DNA of 61,956 nt, counting the filler. It is 20 parts of 20 records of this genome, joined end to end, with 100 filler letters (N's around TTAATTAATTAA, not from the genome) between each part and the next. Parts side by side here need not be neighbours in the genome. Positions count along the whole stretch, not along the records: positions 1 to 2,191 come from SRR16133337_71696; positions 2,292 to 4,451 come from SRR16133337_72002; positions 4,552 to 6,573 come from SRR16133337_72017; positions 6,674 to 9,784 come from SRR16133337_72028; positions 9,885 to 12,150 come from SRR16133337_72069; positions 12,251 to 15,909 come from SRR16133337_72094; 14 more parts are not named here. One strand, given 5' to 3'. The notes below the pieces were generated by a model that saw only the letters and a program-made list of their open reading frames with translations, did not search any database and was not told the origin of the DNA. This document shows positions 1 through 12,922 of the stretch, piece after piece. Numbering within the stretch: position 1 is the stretch's first letter; the number at the start of each line of letters is the position of its first letter. Made by a program: the position numbers and the translations under genes.

Positions 1-766
1 GAAAAAATATTGAACATTCAATGAGAAATCGCTCATTCAAAAGTCTACAGTTTGTACTTTAACATGATACCTTTTTGTTTGGATATTACAGTAATGAAAT
101 TCACTTTTTTGAACATCTTTATAAAGGAAGTTACAAAGTTACCTACAAAACACAAAACACATTTCTTATAAGCCGCGTGTTAAAATTCAATGTATGAAAA
201 GGAATGATTGAAGGATGTCGGTTCCTACGGAGTTGAAAGGAGTTGCAACTTTGTCATTATGTACAGATGGTAGAGAAATAAGTTTGTCCCACACAGCAAC
301 CACGCCTACGCAGAGGAAGCTCATACTTTATTTTTTTGCAAAAAAATACGAAAAATCGAAATTTGAACAACTTTAAGGGACGATTAATACGCATTGTTCA
401 AAACAGCAAAGACAATACCCCACTATTGATGTGAAATGTTCGCAAGTAGGCTCCTTGTTTTTAAAATTTTCATTGTCAAGTGTTCGGTAGAGTACCAGAA
501 GTAAATGCTACAAAAATCAACCGTTTTCAATACTAAATATTCCAGCTATATCGAAAGGGGTCTGAGAGGAAATGGTGTTAGTTTTTTCAAAAAAAATCAT
601 AATTCTGTTGACACGTTTTTTATCCAATATGGTGTAGTTTTCTTGTCCAAAATGTGACATATTGGATACTTGCCTACACTTGGACTATTTTAGACATAGT
701 TGAGTGTGAGGTTGCAAATCTAAATTTATGCACTTTGTAAATCGCAACAATTGTTTCTGTTCTTAG

Positions 767-1361
767 GCTCCGTGAATTGGATCCGATGCTTCTTGGAATG
801 CAAATGCATCAGTCAGGAATCCAATTTGCTCTCCGAAAGTCACCAACGTATCCGCAACTAAAATCATTTTTTTGCAGCAAAATTCTCGGAAAATTTGATC
901 TCGCAATTTTGGCAACAGTGAGCAAAACATTTCAACACTTGGTGAACCATGTTGAGAGTACATCAGTAGACCAAAATCATATTGACCTCTCTCCGTATGA
1001 GGACAGAAGGAGATTTCGTAATCAATTCCTCTATTTCAAGGAAAATGATATATACGAAATCAAAGAAGTTACGTCCATTCGGTATAATATAGCTCGGACC
1101 AACCTTGGACCAACGTTGGCGGACTTGAGATGGTTTCGGAAGCACTGTCCCAAACTAAAATATTTTGTGACGACGACAATAAAATGGGACGTGCCAGAAA
1201 CGTATTTCTTTATGATAGGAAAGCCATCACTTGAAAGGATATTGGACTTTTTAAAGGAGAAAGTTACATATCGAGAACATAAGGTGAGTAACAAATTCGT
1301 GAAAATACAGGTAGAACAGTTACCAAAAAAATTGGCTGAGGGTTGGAACCATGTATATTAA
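767..1361 (+). CDS. Terminal exon of a eukaryotic protein, possible F-box-like segment
   Basis: Pyrimidine-rich acceptor ttctgttcttag at 766, then about 197 open codons to TAA; KILGKFDLAILATVSKTFQHLV loosely resembles an F-box. Confidence 0.45.
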
Positions 1362-2112
1362 TACTTCAGTGTTAAACATTTATTCCTACTGTTTTACAAT
1401 ACAATGCTAATTTCGATTTTTATGATGTATGTTTGCAAACCACTAGAGTGAACCTCCATGGCTTCTCCAAGAATGCAAAACACTCGTGCAAAGAGCGATC
1501 CAACACTTTATACACAATCGCACTTTAGACCTGAAATCCACTAAGTATATACTTTCTGCACGGAAACGCGAAAAAATCGGCGTCACAGTTCGGAAAGCGG
1601 AGCGCGGTAGAGAAACTTATATTCACTTATGTGTACAGTATTATTTCACTGTCGATCTTGGGAACAAAGTCAATGGAATTCGAACGTTTATGAGGTACGA
1701 CAGACCTGTTTCGTGAAGTAAATGAACATTGGTTTGTTGTAGCGTTGAAAGCTACCACAACCGAAAGTGATATCACTCAGACGAGTAAATTGTTTCAGTT
1801 AGTTGTTTTTTTAAATTTATTTGTTAATATAAAATGTACCACTTATTTAAATGATTATTCGTCTACGTATACTTCATAAATGATTTGTAATTATAATTGG
1901 AATTCCTACCACGGGTGTGAGATGTACTGCGTGCGCGTACGACAGTGTGTTTCGACTATTTCGTCCATATGCACATGGTTGTTGCTTGGGCGATGTATTG
2001 CAAACATATAAAAAAATAACTTCGGGGTTTTAAAAAATCACTTTTCACACTTACGATAACCACCAACAGCAGCAGATTATTTTTACATGGAAATAATAAT
2101 ATAGTTAATTAC

Positions 2113-2191
2113 CTTAACCGTTGGCTCTTCAATTGTAGGCCCAATGCGAACCCTTAAACTATTCACACCAAAATCTTCAATCATAAAATCA
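2113..2191 (-). CDS. Partial exon, weakly resembling a GH31 glycosidase N-terminus
   Basis: DFMIEDFGVNSLRVRIGPTIEEPTVK followed by donor GTAATT; cut by the contig end. Confidence 0.2.
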
Positions 2192-2291
2192 NNNNNNNNN
2201 NNNNNNNNNNNNNNNNNNNNNNNNNNNNNNNNNNNTTAATTAATTAANNNNNNNNNNNNNNNNNNNNNNNNNNNNNNNNNNNNNNNNNNNN
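2192..2291. other. Artificial contig linker N44-TTAATTAATTAA-N44 (first of 19; others start at 4452, 6574, 9785, 12151, 15910, 18285, 22036, 30260, 35709, 38063, 40546, 43776, 46341, 48609, 51889, 54745, 57096, 59581)
   Basis: Identical 100-nt spacer with stops in all six frames; sequence character changes abruptly across it. Confidence 0.98.
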
Positions 2292-4745
2292 ATGAAAAAA
2301 AATCAGACGGTTAGCGACCCCACCTAATATTTTAGGGAACCACCGTGAGGTGTTGTTATATCCGTTTTGAGTGTGAGAACGAAATAATCAATGCCATACA
2401 ATTATCGCATTTTATAATCTTTGGGCAAATTAATGGACACGAAGAGAATTTTTTAACATTTTTCCACGCTAGGACGGAACTAGGACATATAACTTGAAAA
2501 ATGCGGAAGGATTCTCAGAGAAAGTCTGCACATTACACATCATCTACAATACTAACCATGACTTTTGGCCATTTCATGGGTGTGTTTAGCCAATTGTTCG
2601 GGATCTGACTAAATACATGATTTTAGTTGTGGAATTTCGAGGCACTAAACCACTTTGAAATATTCGCGTGAGCATTTAAATTTCATAATATTTTAATATT
2701 CTGTGAGCGCATATTTGAAAAGATTATCAAGAATCAGGGAATGAAACTTTGTGGATGGATAGTCTGCAATGTGAACCTGTTGAAGGGCGTAGTGATATCA
2801 AATTTAATATCTCAGTTGTATAAAAAATGAGGCTGCAACACGCACAATAAACTAACGGAGTTAGTAAGTACGTTTTGTATCCAAACTCTCAGTCCCAACG
2901 GATGGTACTTTGTGAGTAAGATAGCACTTCTACAGAAAAATTATCGATGAACTTTAAGGGGGATCTACTTGTGGTAAAGTTTGACGCCATACATTTTTTG
3001 GCAACGAGGTCATGGTGCATGTGTTTGGATTGATCTCTGTGCATGTGCAAAAACCATGGGTTCTTCTGATGATGGAAATTCGAAATGCCCAAAAAGTACG
3101 GCTTCGTAACAATGTACCTGACAATTGCAGCTGTGTCAAGACTGATGATCATAGCTGCCAAATGACCTTCGAGGAATTCTTTTAGCAATGGGTATGCTTG
3201 CGAGAGTCCCGCCAATAAAATCGAGACAATGAAAACCCCCATTGCCAGCAGATCAAACGCGATTGGCTAACATACACAACAAAACACTTTCATAGGCTTT
3301 GTCTTTTGATTTGCAAGTGAAAGCTTTCGTTTGAGATATTACACTGCCTTTATGGTCTGGCCTCGTTTCATGCGTGCAAGTTGCAAAGACTTGCGGGTGT
3401 GATATTTGAAAAAAAATCCGAAATTATGCTGCGATGACGCCACAGTGTGATAAGTGTACAAAGTGATTAAATATTTCAAAAGTGGTATACACGCTTCTAA
3501 AAATAGAACAGTCTTGTGCGATGCATCCACAAAAGCAACAAGGCCAATTCTGTAATACAGAATTCGAATTTTTTCAAGTATTATTGAAAATCTGTCTTGC
3601 GGCAGTTCAACAACCAAAAAGCGTGAGGTACAAAAATTGTCTCGTTTTCACTAATTTTGTATTTTTATCGTGAGACGGCTCGACAGCTTAGACATACAAG
3701 TGGGTGGAAAGATTTAAGTCACAATGAACACACTGTTGTACTCAAGAATAACGTTGTACATACTAATTTATGGAGATGTGGCTGTCGCAAATGATGTTTT
3801 CGAAGTGTCTTAGCATATATGTATGCGTTCTCGCGGTTGGGCTTTGGGAAGGCGCGATGTAGAAAAAATTGTTCTCCAAAAGATTCAGTGGAACTGGGCG
3901 ATTTATGTATTGATACTGTATCGTTTCTAGTTGAAGATATTCCTATTGAAATGTCTGACAGTGGGCTGAGTTCTAAAACTCTGGACCTGTCGCTACAAAA
4001 ACAAAAAGTCACACAAAAATTCAAAATTATTTTAGCCATTCCTCTTTTAAAAAAACGAACATTTGGACACAGATATTTTTCAATTCGTCAACTAATGGTG
4101 CACAGGATATAAATTTTGTTAATCCACATTTCCAATTAATAATTTCCCGCAACTAAACAGGCCCCAGTCATGCGACTTTTAGTTGATAAGAGACTACAGG
4201 GAAAAGCGTAGCAAAGACCACATCTAAAAAAAGTTAAGCCGTAGGGCAGGGTTGCAGACTTAACTTGTGAGAAGTCCAGTCAGGGGTAGTGGTGTGAGCG
4301 GAGGGTGGTGGGTGTGTGGGAGTGTGGGTGTCTTTTCTACGATTTTCCCTGTATTGTATTTGGTGTGGGAGAAAAGGTAAGCCAAATACAGCCGCCAAAA
4401 AAGCACGAACACGCTATTTTGAAATTCATTTCCCAATAAGTTGTTTGAACTNNNNNNNNNNNNNNNNNNNNNNNNNNNNNNNNNNNNNNNNNNNNTTAAT
4501 TAATTAANNNNNNNNNNNNNNNNNNNNNNNNNNNNNNNNNNNNNNNNNNNNTTCCTTAGACAGAGTCCTACCTTAAGAAGTGTTTCCAAGTATCACTGAA
4601 TCACACCGGGAAATTGTTGTGCATTTTCATTTATTCTTTTTTTGAGAACAAGAAATTTAAGTAAATATAAATGTTTTTTTAAAATATTTGTAGATTTATG
4701 ACCACACAAACAATTAACAAAAATTGAAATCAGTTTCTTACTTAC

Positions 4746-5012
4746 CACACAACCACTTTCTGCACGAGAGTCTTTTGGTTCAGAGGCCACTTGGTCAACA
4801 TTTCCTTCACCCACTTGCTCTTCACTGACGGCGGTGTTCTCTTTTTGGTTTTCTTGATTGTACTCCTGCGGAATTGGTGTATTTCTTCCTTGAGTTTGCT
4901 TTTCAGTTTCTGTTGAGGAATTTTCCTTGTTCGTTTCTTCCACGGACACAGCACTCTTGGCAAAAAAGAGAGTAACTGACAAAAGCAGCAAGAATCCGCG
5001 ATGCATTTTCAT
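4746..5012 (-). CDS. First coding exon of a secreted eukaryotic protein (signal peptide plus E/N/Q-rich linker)
   Basis: MKMHRGFLLLLSVTLFFAKSAVS signal peptide; 89 codons ending at a phase-0 GTAAG donor. Confidence 0.6.
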
Positions 5013-7099
5013 GTTCACTGCTTTCCAGCAAATACTAAAAAAATACGCAAAATGGCATTAATTTTGTCCTGTGATGTCGACAACTTTTTCTGTTTACTTT
5101 TTAATCAAATTACGGGTGTCTTGTATTCGCAGAAATATTTGCCTAGTTGTACTGAGTACGAGCTAGGGAGGGTGTGTGCGTTATAATATAAATTTCCTGC
5201 TAAAGATTGATTGTAAAAACTCTCGTGTCATGGAAATCGAAAATAAATTCCACAAAACAAATCGCCTACAAAATGCGTGGAAAATTCTTTGTAAAGACAA
5301 CCCTTTTCAGTTGTCGCGATGTGGTGGTGTTGTCTTTACTAATTTTTTTAGAGAGTTTTATATCAGATTATTATGATCAAATTCAGTCAACAAACAAAAT
5401 AAACTTCAAAGAAAAGATATCAAATGCATGTGTTATGTGACAGAAATGTTTTAGTTTTGCAACTGCGAAATGTTCGTTCTTCCGGAATTCTGGCAAATTT
5501 GTTCCGATGCTTTAAAATCTGTCTGTAAAGCAAATAGTGCCCGCATTTTCACTTTGTCCGCAACCTTGCAGTCTGGTCTTGTGATTCGACTAACTTCATC
5601 ATTGATTTCACAAACCCAAAAGGAGAATCCTTGGACTATCTGTTCCGCGATCTATTCCGCAATCTATTCCGTGCACCAATGCTTTGCTTTCGACCGTTGT
5701 CTGTTCTATGAGTTTTAAAAACAAAAAACAATGACACGACTTGCTAAATCGTTTGGAGCACGGAACTGCCTGGATTTGGAGTACCGAACCACAGTCTCCT
5801 CGGGGTCAATGGAAAAAAGCCCAACTTTTGTTTGCAACTACAGCAGAGAACATCTCTTTTCAGAGATTTGAATGTGGAAAGACTTTAACACAATACAGTG
5901 TATTCCGATTTCACAACCCCAAAAATAAAAATCATTGAACTAACAAAATTAATCTGTTATCGCCCCCGCGATCAACTCCATGAATCAAAGACTTTCTTTT
6001 CCGTTATCCGTTCCTTGAGGATTTCAAAAAAAGTTGCAACGGAACTCGTTGAACAACTCTTTCAGAGAGTTGGTATTTGTCAGTGGAGAATGAATTAGAC
6101 AAAAAAATATGCGCGCACACTAGTCTTACACCAACCTTTTAGTATGACAGGGAACGAACGGGCGTTAACACGAGTGATTGCGGAAGAGATCGTCGGTTTG
6201 CGTGTGATTCCGGCGTTGGTTTGTGCTTTAACACGTGTGGAAATTATCGGACTTTTGTGCATTTAGAAGATTTACACCTAATTGACAAACGTAATATTCG
6301 GAGTTCGGGAGAAAACGCACATATGTGTTTTTGCTTTGTGTGTGGTGAGAATCTTTACGGCTTGAAAATTTGCTAACGTTGCAAAAACAAAAGAAACTTC
6401 ATCCAACTCCAAGTAAATATTTATATACATTTTTCGAGAAAATGCATATTTTTTCTTAAAATGAATATTCAAAATATTGAGATATTTTGTAGTATGAAAT
6501 TGATAGATTTGTGTATTTTGTCATCATTTTGGGGAACATGCCTTAATTTTTACATCAAATATTTTTATTCTGTNNNNNNNNNNNNNNNNNNNNNNNNNNN
6601 NNNNNNNNNNNNNNNNNTTAATTAATTAANNNNNNNNNNNNNNNNNNNNNNNNNNNNNNNNNNNNNNNNNNNNTTGACAATTTCGGTTTTCTTGTGCAAC
6701 AAACCTCGTTTATTATCCGGAGCAATTGCGATCACTGAGTTCAAATAATTTAAATGCATCTTGTAACAAAATCGTTGTAAAGTCCGGTCATACGGCAAAG
6801 CGTCTGAAAGATGGAGATCTAAAAGTAATACAGAGAAAATATTATTAGTGTCGCAATTGGAACCACATACGCCATATTACAGTGCTGTAATCTCTCCCCA
6901 CAAAAATTCAATCTGTTTTGCGAACTTTGAGGCCTACAACACGAGATTTTCTAAGTCCAAGAAAATGCAGGTCTCATTTTTTTGCATACAAAATATGACT
7001 ACGTACTAATATTGCTTCCAACAGTACTGGACTAGAAAACCTCACAAAAAAGGTAACCACTTATGGGAGGCAGAGTGATATCTCAATATTTTTGAGGGG

Positions 7100-7169
7100 G
7101 ATCATAACTTCACATTGGAGTTCGTGTAGGTGAGGTGAAAGGCAAACAACTCCATGTGAAGTTATGATC
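7100..7169. repeat. Long inverted repeat / hairpin (22-bp stem)
   Basis: gatcataacttcaca-t-tggagtt pairs with aactcca-tgtgaagttatgatc. Confidence 0.8.
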
Positions 7170-10100
7170 TCAGTAGGTTACGTCTTACAGTAAGCAACCC
7201 GCCAGTAAACGTTTTTTTTATGAAAACATGTGGGTTGGTGGCTACACAGCTGTTCTCCAACAACACCATTTTTCAAAATGGGGCAAAATTGTAGTTATAA
7301 ATCACAAACTTTTCTCGTTGCTTGACGTTTTTTTTGTGTGTGCTCTTGTTTGCAACTCGCCATTTGTAAAAGAAAGTACTAACTTTGTTCAATATTTTGA
7401 AGTGGCACTTCAGTTCTTATAATAACCATCAACACCATAACAAGGGCTGGTAAAATAACCTCCAAAAGCGTTGTCATCCATAGTCGCCTCTAAAAAAATA
7501 CGTATGTAAACAATTCCACTCTTCCCAACCTCTTACCACAACCTGCATAGCTAACAAAATACATGATGTAAACTTCTCAATTAAAAAAGCAAATAAACAT
7601 TTTGATACCATGAATATTATATGATTGCCATTGTGTATGTGCATGTTGTAGTGTACCTGTGGGATTACAGACCGTACCGTTCCAACGAATAGCACATTTC
7701 CTCTCCACCAACCTTTAAATAAACTCCCCACCCTCACTACCCATACACCCTCGCAACTCCTTTCATTTTCACAAATTGAAAAATGCATTTTCACATATCT
7801 TTGTCATGTAATCCTAACTGCATTTTCATTTCACATTTGTAGTTTGCAAATTGGTGAAATTTGGTCGTGATGTCTGACTTTTTACACGTTAAATACCATG
7901 TTTTCTTTATTTTTTGGTATCAGTGTGAATTTAATTGTGAACTTATTCATGACTTTTAGTAGGAACAAAAGATTAAATAATGTTCTTCACATCAAAATTT
8001 GATTTGTGAAATTTCAAAAGTTTTTTTTTATATTGTTCATAGTAAAATATCTCGCCAGCACATTTTCGCGAAATCACTCACAAACCCATTATTTTAACGC
8101 ATTTGTGGAAACGCATCTCCAAATTTAACAAAACGCACTTTGGTGAAGCGATACATACCTTCAGAAGCGCGTTTCGAATCATTAGAGCTCTGAATTGTTT
8201 GAAAAATTCCCAATTCCTCGAAACAGACGCGTGTGTGTATGAATCAGCCGCAAGAACACTAAACAAAGAGGATTTAGACGCGTGATTAAAATATGATAAA
8301 AGAACATTTATTTGTGTGTCAGTTTCTGAACTATGTTTTGCCTACACACTTCTGTATAAACATGAGTGAAAAATAGCAAAAATGTTGACAAAAATATTCA
8401 GTTGGAAAAACAAAATGTCCTCAACTTCAATTTTTTTCACAAAACACACTCTTTGGTGAAATCAATTAAAGGCCATAAAAAAAACGAATTTTCAAAAATT
8501 CAAAATTATTCTGGTTTTTGATGATTCACCATGGAAAATGACGCGGTAAATTAACTTTTAGTTCATGTGATTCTTAAATATAAGTTTCCATAAAGCCACA
8601 AACAAAACACCCTAGAGAATGTGTTTGATTATGATACCGTCGGAAATCTAGATACATTGATATTGGAAACTCCATAACACCTCTCCTAAAAGAAAGAAAA
8701 TGTTTTATTTTCGTTATTGCGCTCCACCACTTCTTATTTAGCACAAACTTAATAAAAATAAAAATACAAAACAAAACAATTCTTTAGGGAATTCAGGAAA
8801 TTTGCCTGTTCACCGAAAGTTGATTTTCTGAAAACAAAGATGAACCAGTTTGCTGACAATCAGATCCTGATCCACTGTTGCTCTTGTAACACAACACTCA
8901 ATAAACACGTTGAAAACTTACTTGGCCCCTGTATCGTCATCTTTATAATCTCGTTTCTTTTCTTCATCAATTTTTATTTCTTTAAGACCTTGACTTTGAG
9001 ATAACCTAAAAAAGTCATACAAAGAAACAAAACCCATGAAATAAAAGTGAATGTTGTCTACAGTGTTGAATTAGATCATATCTAAAACGTTTGGTTAATT
9101 AAACGGGAAAATCCTAGTTGTGATTCGATTCGAAGAACGATTGTCGCTGCTAAAGGATCCCGCCACCACCACCCACCACCCCCCCCCCCCTCTCACCCAC
9201 ACACGCTCACTCACGATAAACAAAATATATACATCAAAGGAAATCAGCCTTTTGAAAAATTATTATCATTAACAAAAATTTTAATACAACGGAGTTTCAA
9301 AAGCAAAACTCGTTTTTCTGTAGTTTAAGAACAGATTAAAATGTCTGGAAATCCGGTCACTCCAAAAAACATCTCCAATCTACTTAATGAATCACAAGGG
9401 CGTGAAAATAGACAAACGAGTGCATGATTGTACTACACGTGCAAGCAAAAATCACCAATATTTTCAGCGAGTTGGATTGAGAAAACTTTACGTTCTGTGC
9501 ATAGTTACAAAGAAATACTTTTTTATTGCGTGAAGAGTTCAGCGGTGGACCTAATTTTTTTTAAAAAAGGAGTCTTTGACAATGTACATATCCGCTATAT
9601 TCAGCAGGACAAAAAATGCACAAAATGAGTGGGCGGGGATAGAAAGTTACACCACAGTACGTTCTCCACATGGCGAATCTTTTTTGTGGATTATTGCTTT
9701 CAACAACATGTTCCAGGAAACTACATGACAAGATGAGGTCGGCAAGCAAACTTTACCATTACAGTCCACATCAATGAATAAACCNNNNNNNNNNNNNNNN
9801 NNNNNNNNNNNNNNNNNNNNNNNNNNNNTTAATTAATTAANNNNNNNNNNNNNNNNNNNNNNNNNNNNNNNNNNNNNNNNNNNNATTTAACCTGTATAAT
9901 ATACTGAAATTTTCTGTATAACAAAGTTTATTGGACAGGTGACATATAAAAGTGCTCTCAGGTGAATTTTTGTTCGAAACACGACCACCGGCAGGGAGGA
10001 AAATTGTAATTTGTGACACAACAAAAATAGTTACAAACACTCTAATAACAACAATAAAAAATCCAGCTATGTACTGATATGCTACAACCAAACAAAACAT

Positions 10101-10671
10101 AAAATTCTGTTTTAAAGTAGGTCAAAAGTAACCAAAAGCATATATAGTAAGTGTTCTATGAGCGTATTGCGAACCAGCGATGCTATTTGTTGAAAGAAGA
10201 AGCGGTTGAAAAAATCATTAGATTTCTTTTCACGAAAAAACTTTAATGTATTTTTTAAAATTGAAAAATATTCCTTCCTATATGAGAAACACATAGAAAG
10301 AAATCATTTTTTGGGTATGCGTTTGGTTTTTGGAAAAATGTTCATTTTAATTTTTGTCGATGAAGCAGCGGGTGAGGTGCTTCTTGCCCAACATGAGTGA
10401 AAACGATTTACTTGAGGACACTTTTAAATGTCACACACCCATTTATATATATATATATATATATTCTTTTTTTACACAACTGATAGCTGGTTTGTTGTTG
10501 TGAGCAGTACATTTGCATGTAGTTTTTCTTTTTTTAATGTGTATGAAAAAGGATATACTTACCGCTATATCCTATTCTTGATTTTATACTGATACGAGTT
10601 TTTTTCAAAAATCTAACACAGTCTTTTTTAACAAAAATCCAACACAATTAAAATTTTCTTTTGTTTTATAG

Positions 10672-10987
10672 TTTGAAGATGAAACTTTTCTCTAAAAACA
10701 ACTCTGAACAATCAGCAAAATGCGACAACGACTTACCCAAATGGCAAGAAATTACGCAAAGAAACAAACGAAAACAAATAAGCGAAGAAAAAAGAGATAG
10801 AAAGAAAAAACGAATTGAAGACTTACGTGACATTTACAAAGAAACAGTGAGCCAATATGATGAATTCAATGATTTAATTGGTTTGAAAATAATAGATCTC
10901 AATAATAAGCAACGTGTCGAGGTCATGAAACAGGCAGCGAAGAAAACAATTGTAATCCGCAATGGTGTTGTATTTAAACTTCAATAA
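10672..10987 (+). CDS. Probable terminal exon of a basic coiled-coil eukaryotic protein
   Basis: Acceptor ttttatag at 10671; K/R/E-rich open frame to TAA. Confidence 0.4.
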
Positions 10988-12262
10988 AGTATCGCATATG
11001 ATTATTATTCATTGAATGATTAATTTCATATTAAATTATAAATATTTTTTTAAAAAAATGCAGAAAACTATTAATAGGTGCGCTATTAAAACAAAAATCG
11101 TTAATATGTATATATTTCATGATGTTTAAGGTGTTTCTACTTTCATCATCGGATACAGGCACGTATTTATATGAAAAAGCAACATTCACATATAAAAGAT
11201 AACCACCAGCACAGCAACATATAAGCAAACGATGATTTTTTCACAAATACAAATTTTATTTTCCAATAAAAATATGCAAAAATTTTGTTTACCACAAACT
11301 ATTTGGGTGTCAACATGACAGTATTGTACTTAACTTCCAAATTTGAAATAGGATGGGTATGTGCATGGCTACAAAATTTTAAAATGTGTGGGAATTTCAT
11401 AAAAGTTTAATACAGGAACTGCCTTAAAGAAACATACTATTTCGAAAGGGTCTTTTTATGTAAAGGACAGAATTATCTTGTTGTCACCCATATAGTTTTA
11501 GGAAATGCGAGTTTTTCAAATATATTTGTAGGAATATGAACGGAAACATCACATTTTCATAACATCATTTTTTTTACACAGAAAAATACTTTTTGTAGAT
11601 TTGTTCGTGTATATCAATGAAAACAAATATTATACAGACAATATTGATATTTGCATGTCATAAAACATAACCCGAGCAAAATACAGTTCGATTTCCTGAA
11701 TAACGTAGCAATGACGTTCTTTTGATTTCAAGAACCAGGCTGAGTTACACGTTGAGATTAATGCAGTACACGTGACATAATTATCATCCCATATTCAGCT
11801 ACCAAACATACAACATTCAGCTTTGCGCTATTATGTTCCACTTCTTACATTCGGCTGACACCATTTTGAAAGTGTTAAATTGAATTCCCGTAAAATTTCT
11901 AAACATGAACGAAACTAAAGGGTGGCTATTCCTTAAGTAACAAACAGGATGGTAACGGACTTAATTATTTTCCACCGAAAAAAAGGAGTCATGCTATATA
12001 ATTTGTCCAAAAGGAAGCTTCAGATTTTATAAGTTTTGTATCGTAATTCGAGGTTAGTAACTGCAGTCCCCATAAAACGCAAAAAGAATTGCATGCAGTT
12101 TGACTTTGCTGATGAAAGATTGTCGAAACGAATATATTGTCCAAAATTAANNNNNNNNNNNNNNNNNNNNNNNNNNNNNNNNNNNNNNNNNNNNTTAATT
12201 AATTAANNNNNNNNNNNNNNNNNNNNNNNNNNNNNNNNNNNNNNNNNNNNTAAAAAAGAAAA

Positions 12263-12300
12263 ACGGTATCACCGTTTCACCATCTGCAAAACTGCATGAC
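12263..12300 (+). repeat. Degenerate octamer tandem repeat (CACCGTWT-type) upstream of efp
   Basis: acggtatc accgtttc accatc; same unit at 14250-14285, 30611-30650 and inverted at 59536-59570. Confidence 0.7.
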
Positions 12301-12334
12301 AACCCGACTTTTTAAAACTTATAATTAAAATAGC

Positions 12335-12901
12335 ATGGCATCTACATCAGATATTAGAAATGGATTGTGTATAAAATACAACAGTGACACTTTTAAAGTT
12401 ATTGAATTTCAACATGTAAAACCAGGAAAAGGACCTGCTTTTGTAAGAACAAAATTAAAAAGTTTGACTTCAGGAAAGGTGATTGACAATACCTTTTCTG
12501 CAGGTCATAAAATTGAGGAAGTAAGAGTTGAAACTAGAAAATATCAGTATTTATATGCAGAGGGTTCTATGTATAATTTTATGAATACAACGGATTACAA
12601 CCAAATTATATTGGAGAAAGCTATTTTGGATGCTCCAGAATTTATGAAAGAAGGAGAAGTAGTTACCGTAATTGTAAGAACAGAAGATGAAATGCCTTTG
12701 GCAGTTGATATGCCTCCAAGTGTTATTTTAAAAGTTACCTATACAGAACCAGGTGTAAAAGGAAATACAGCAACCAATGCTACAAAACCAGCAACCGTAG
12801 AAACAGGAGCCCTTGTAAATGTGCCTTTATTTATTAATGAAGGAGATAAAATCAAAATTGAAACGGCAAAAGGTACGTATCAAGAACGAATTAAAGAATA
12901 G
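12335..12901 (+). CDS. efp: Translation elongation factor P
   Basis: 188 aa with HVKPGKGPAFVRTK, TEPGVKGNTA, ETGALVNVPLFI motifs. Confidence 0.98.
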   Translation: MASTSDIRNGLCIKYNSDTFKVIEFQHVKPGKGPAFVRTKLKSLTSGKVIDNTFSAGHKIEEVRVETRKYQYLYAEGSMYNFMNTTDYNQIILEKAILDAPEFMKEGEVVTVIVRTEDEMPLAVDMPPSVILKVTYTEPGVKGNTATNATKPATVETGALVNVPLFINEGDKIKIETAKGTYQERIKE

Positions 12902-12922
12902 CTTTTACGAGAGATATCCCAT

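Noticed and set aside
2236-2247. Regularly recurring TTAATTAATTAA as a biological repeat or CRISPR
   Set aside because: Always centred in 44+44 Ns; it is an artificial six-frame-stop linker. No CRISPR array or cas gene is seen in the window
2400-4120. Coding-like fragments (including a TFEEF...NPH stretch resembling sulfotransferases)
   Set aside because: Stops in the frames examined and no consistent splice model; possibly a decayed gene or element
5637-5672. 12-bp repeat with TAG/CAG alternation suggesting nuclear TAG=Gln
   Set aside because: Other frames read the repeat without stops, the Gln-rich DBHS exons use only CAA/CAG, and nuclear exons end at TAA or TGA
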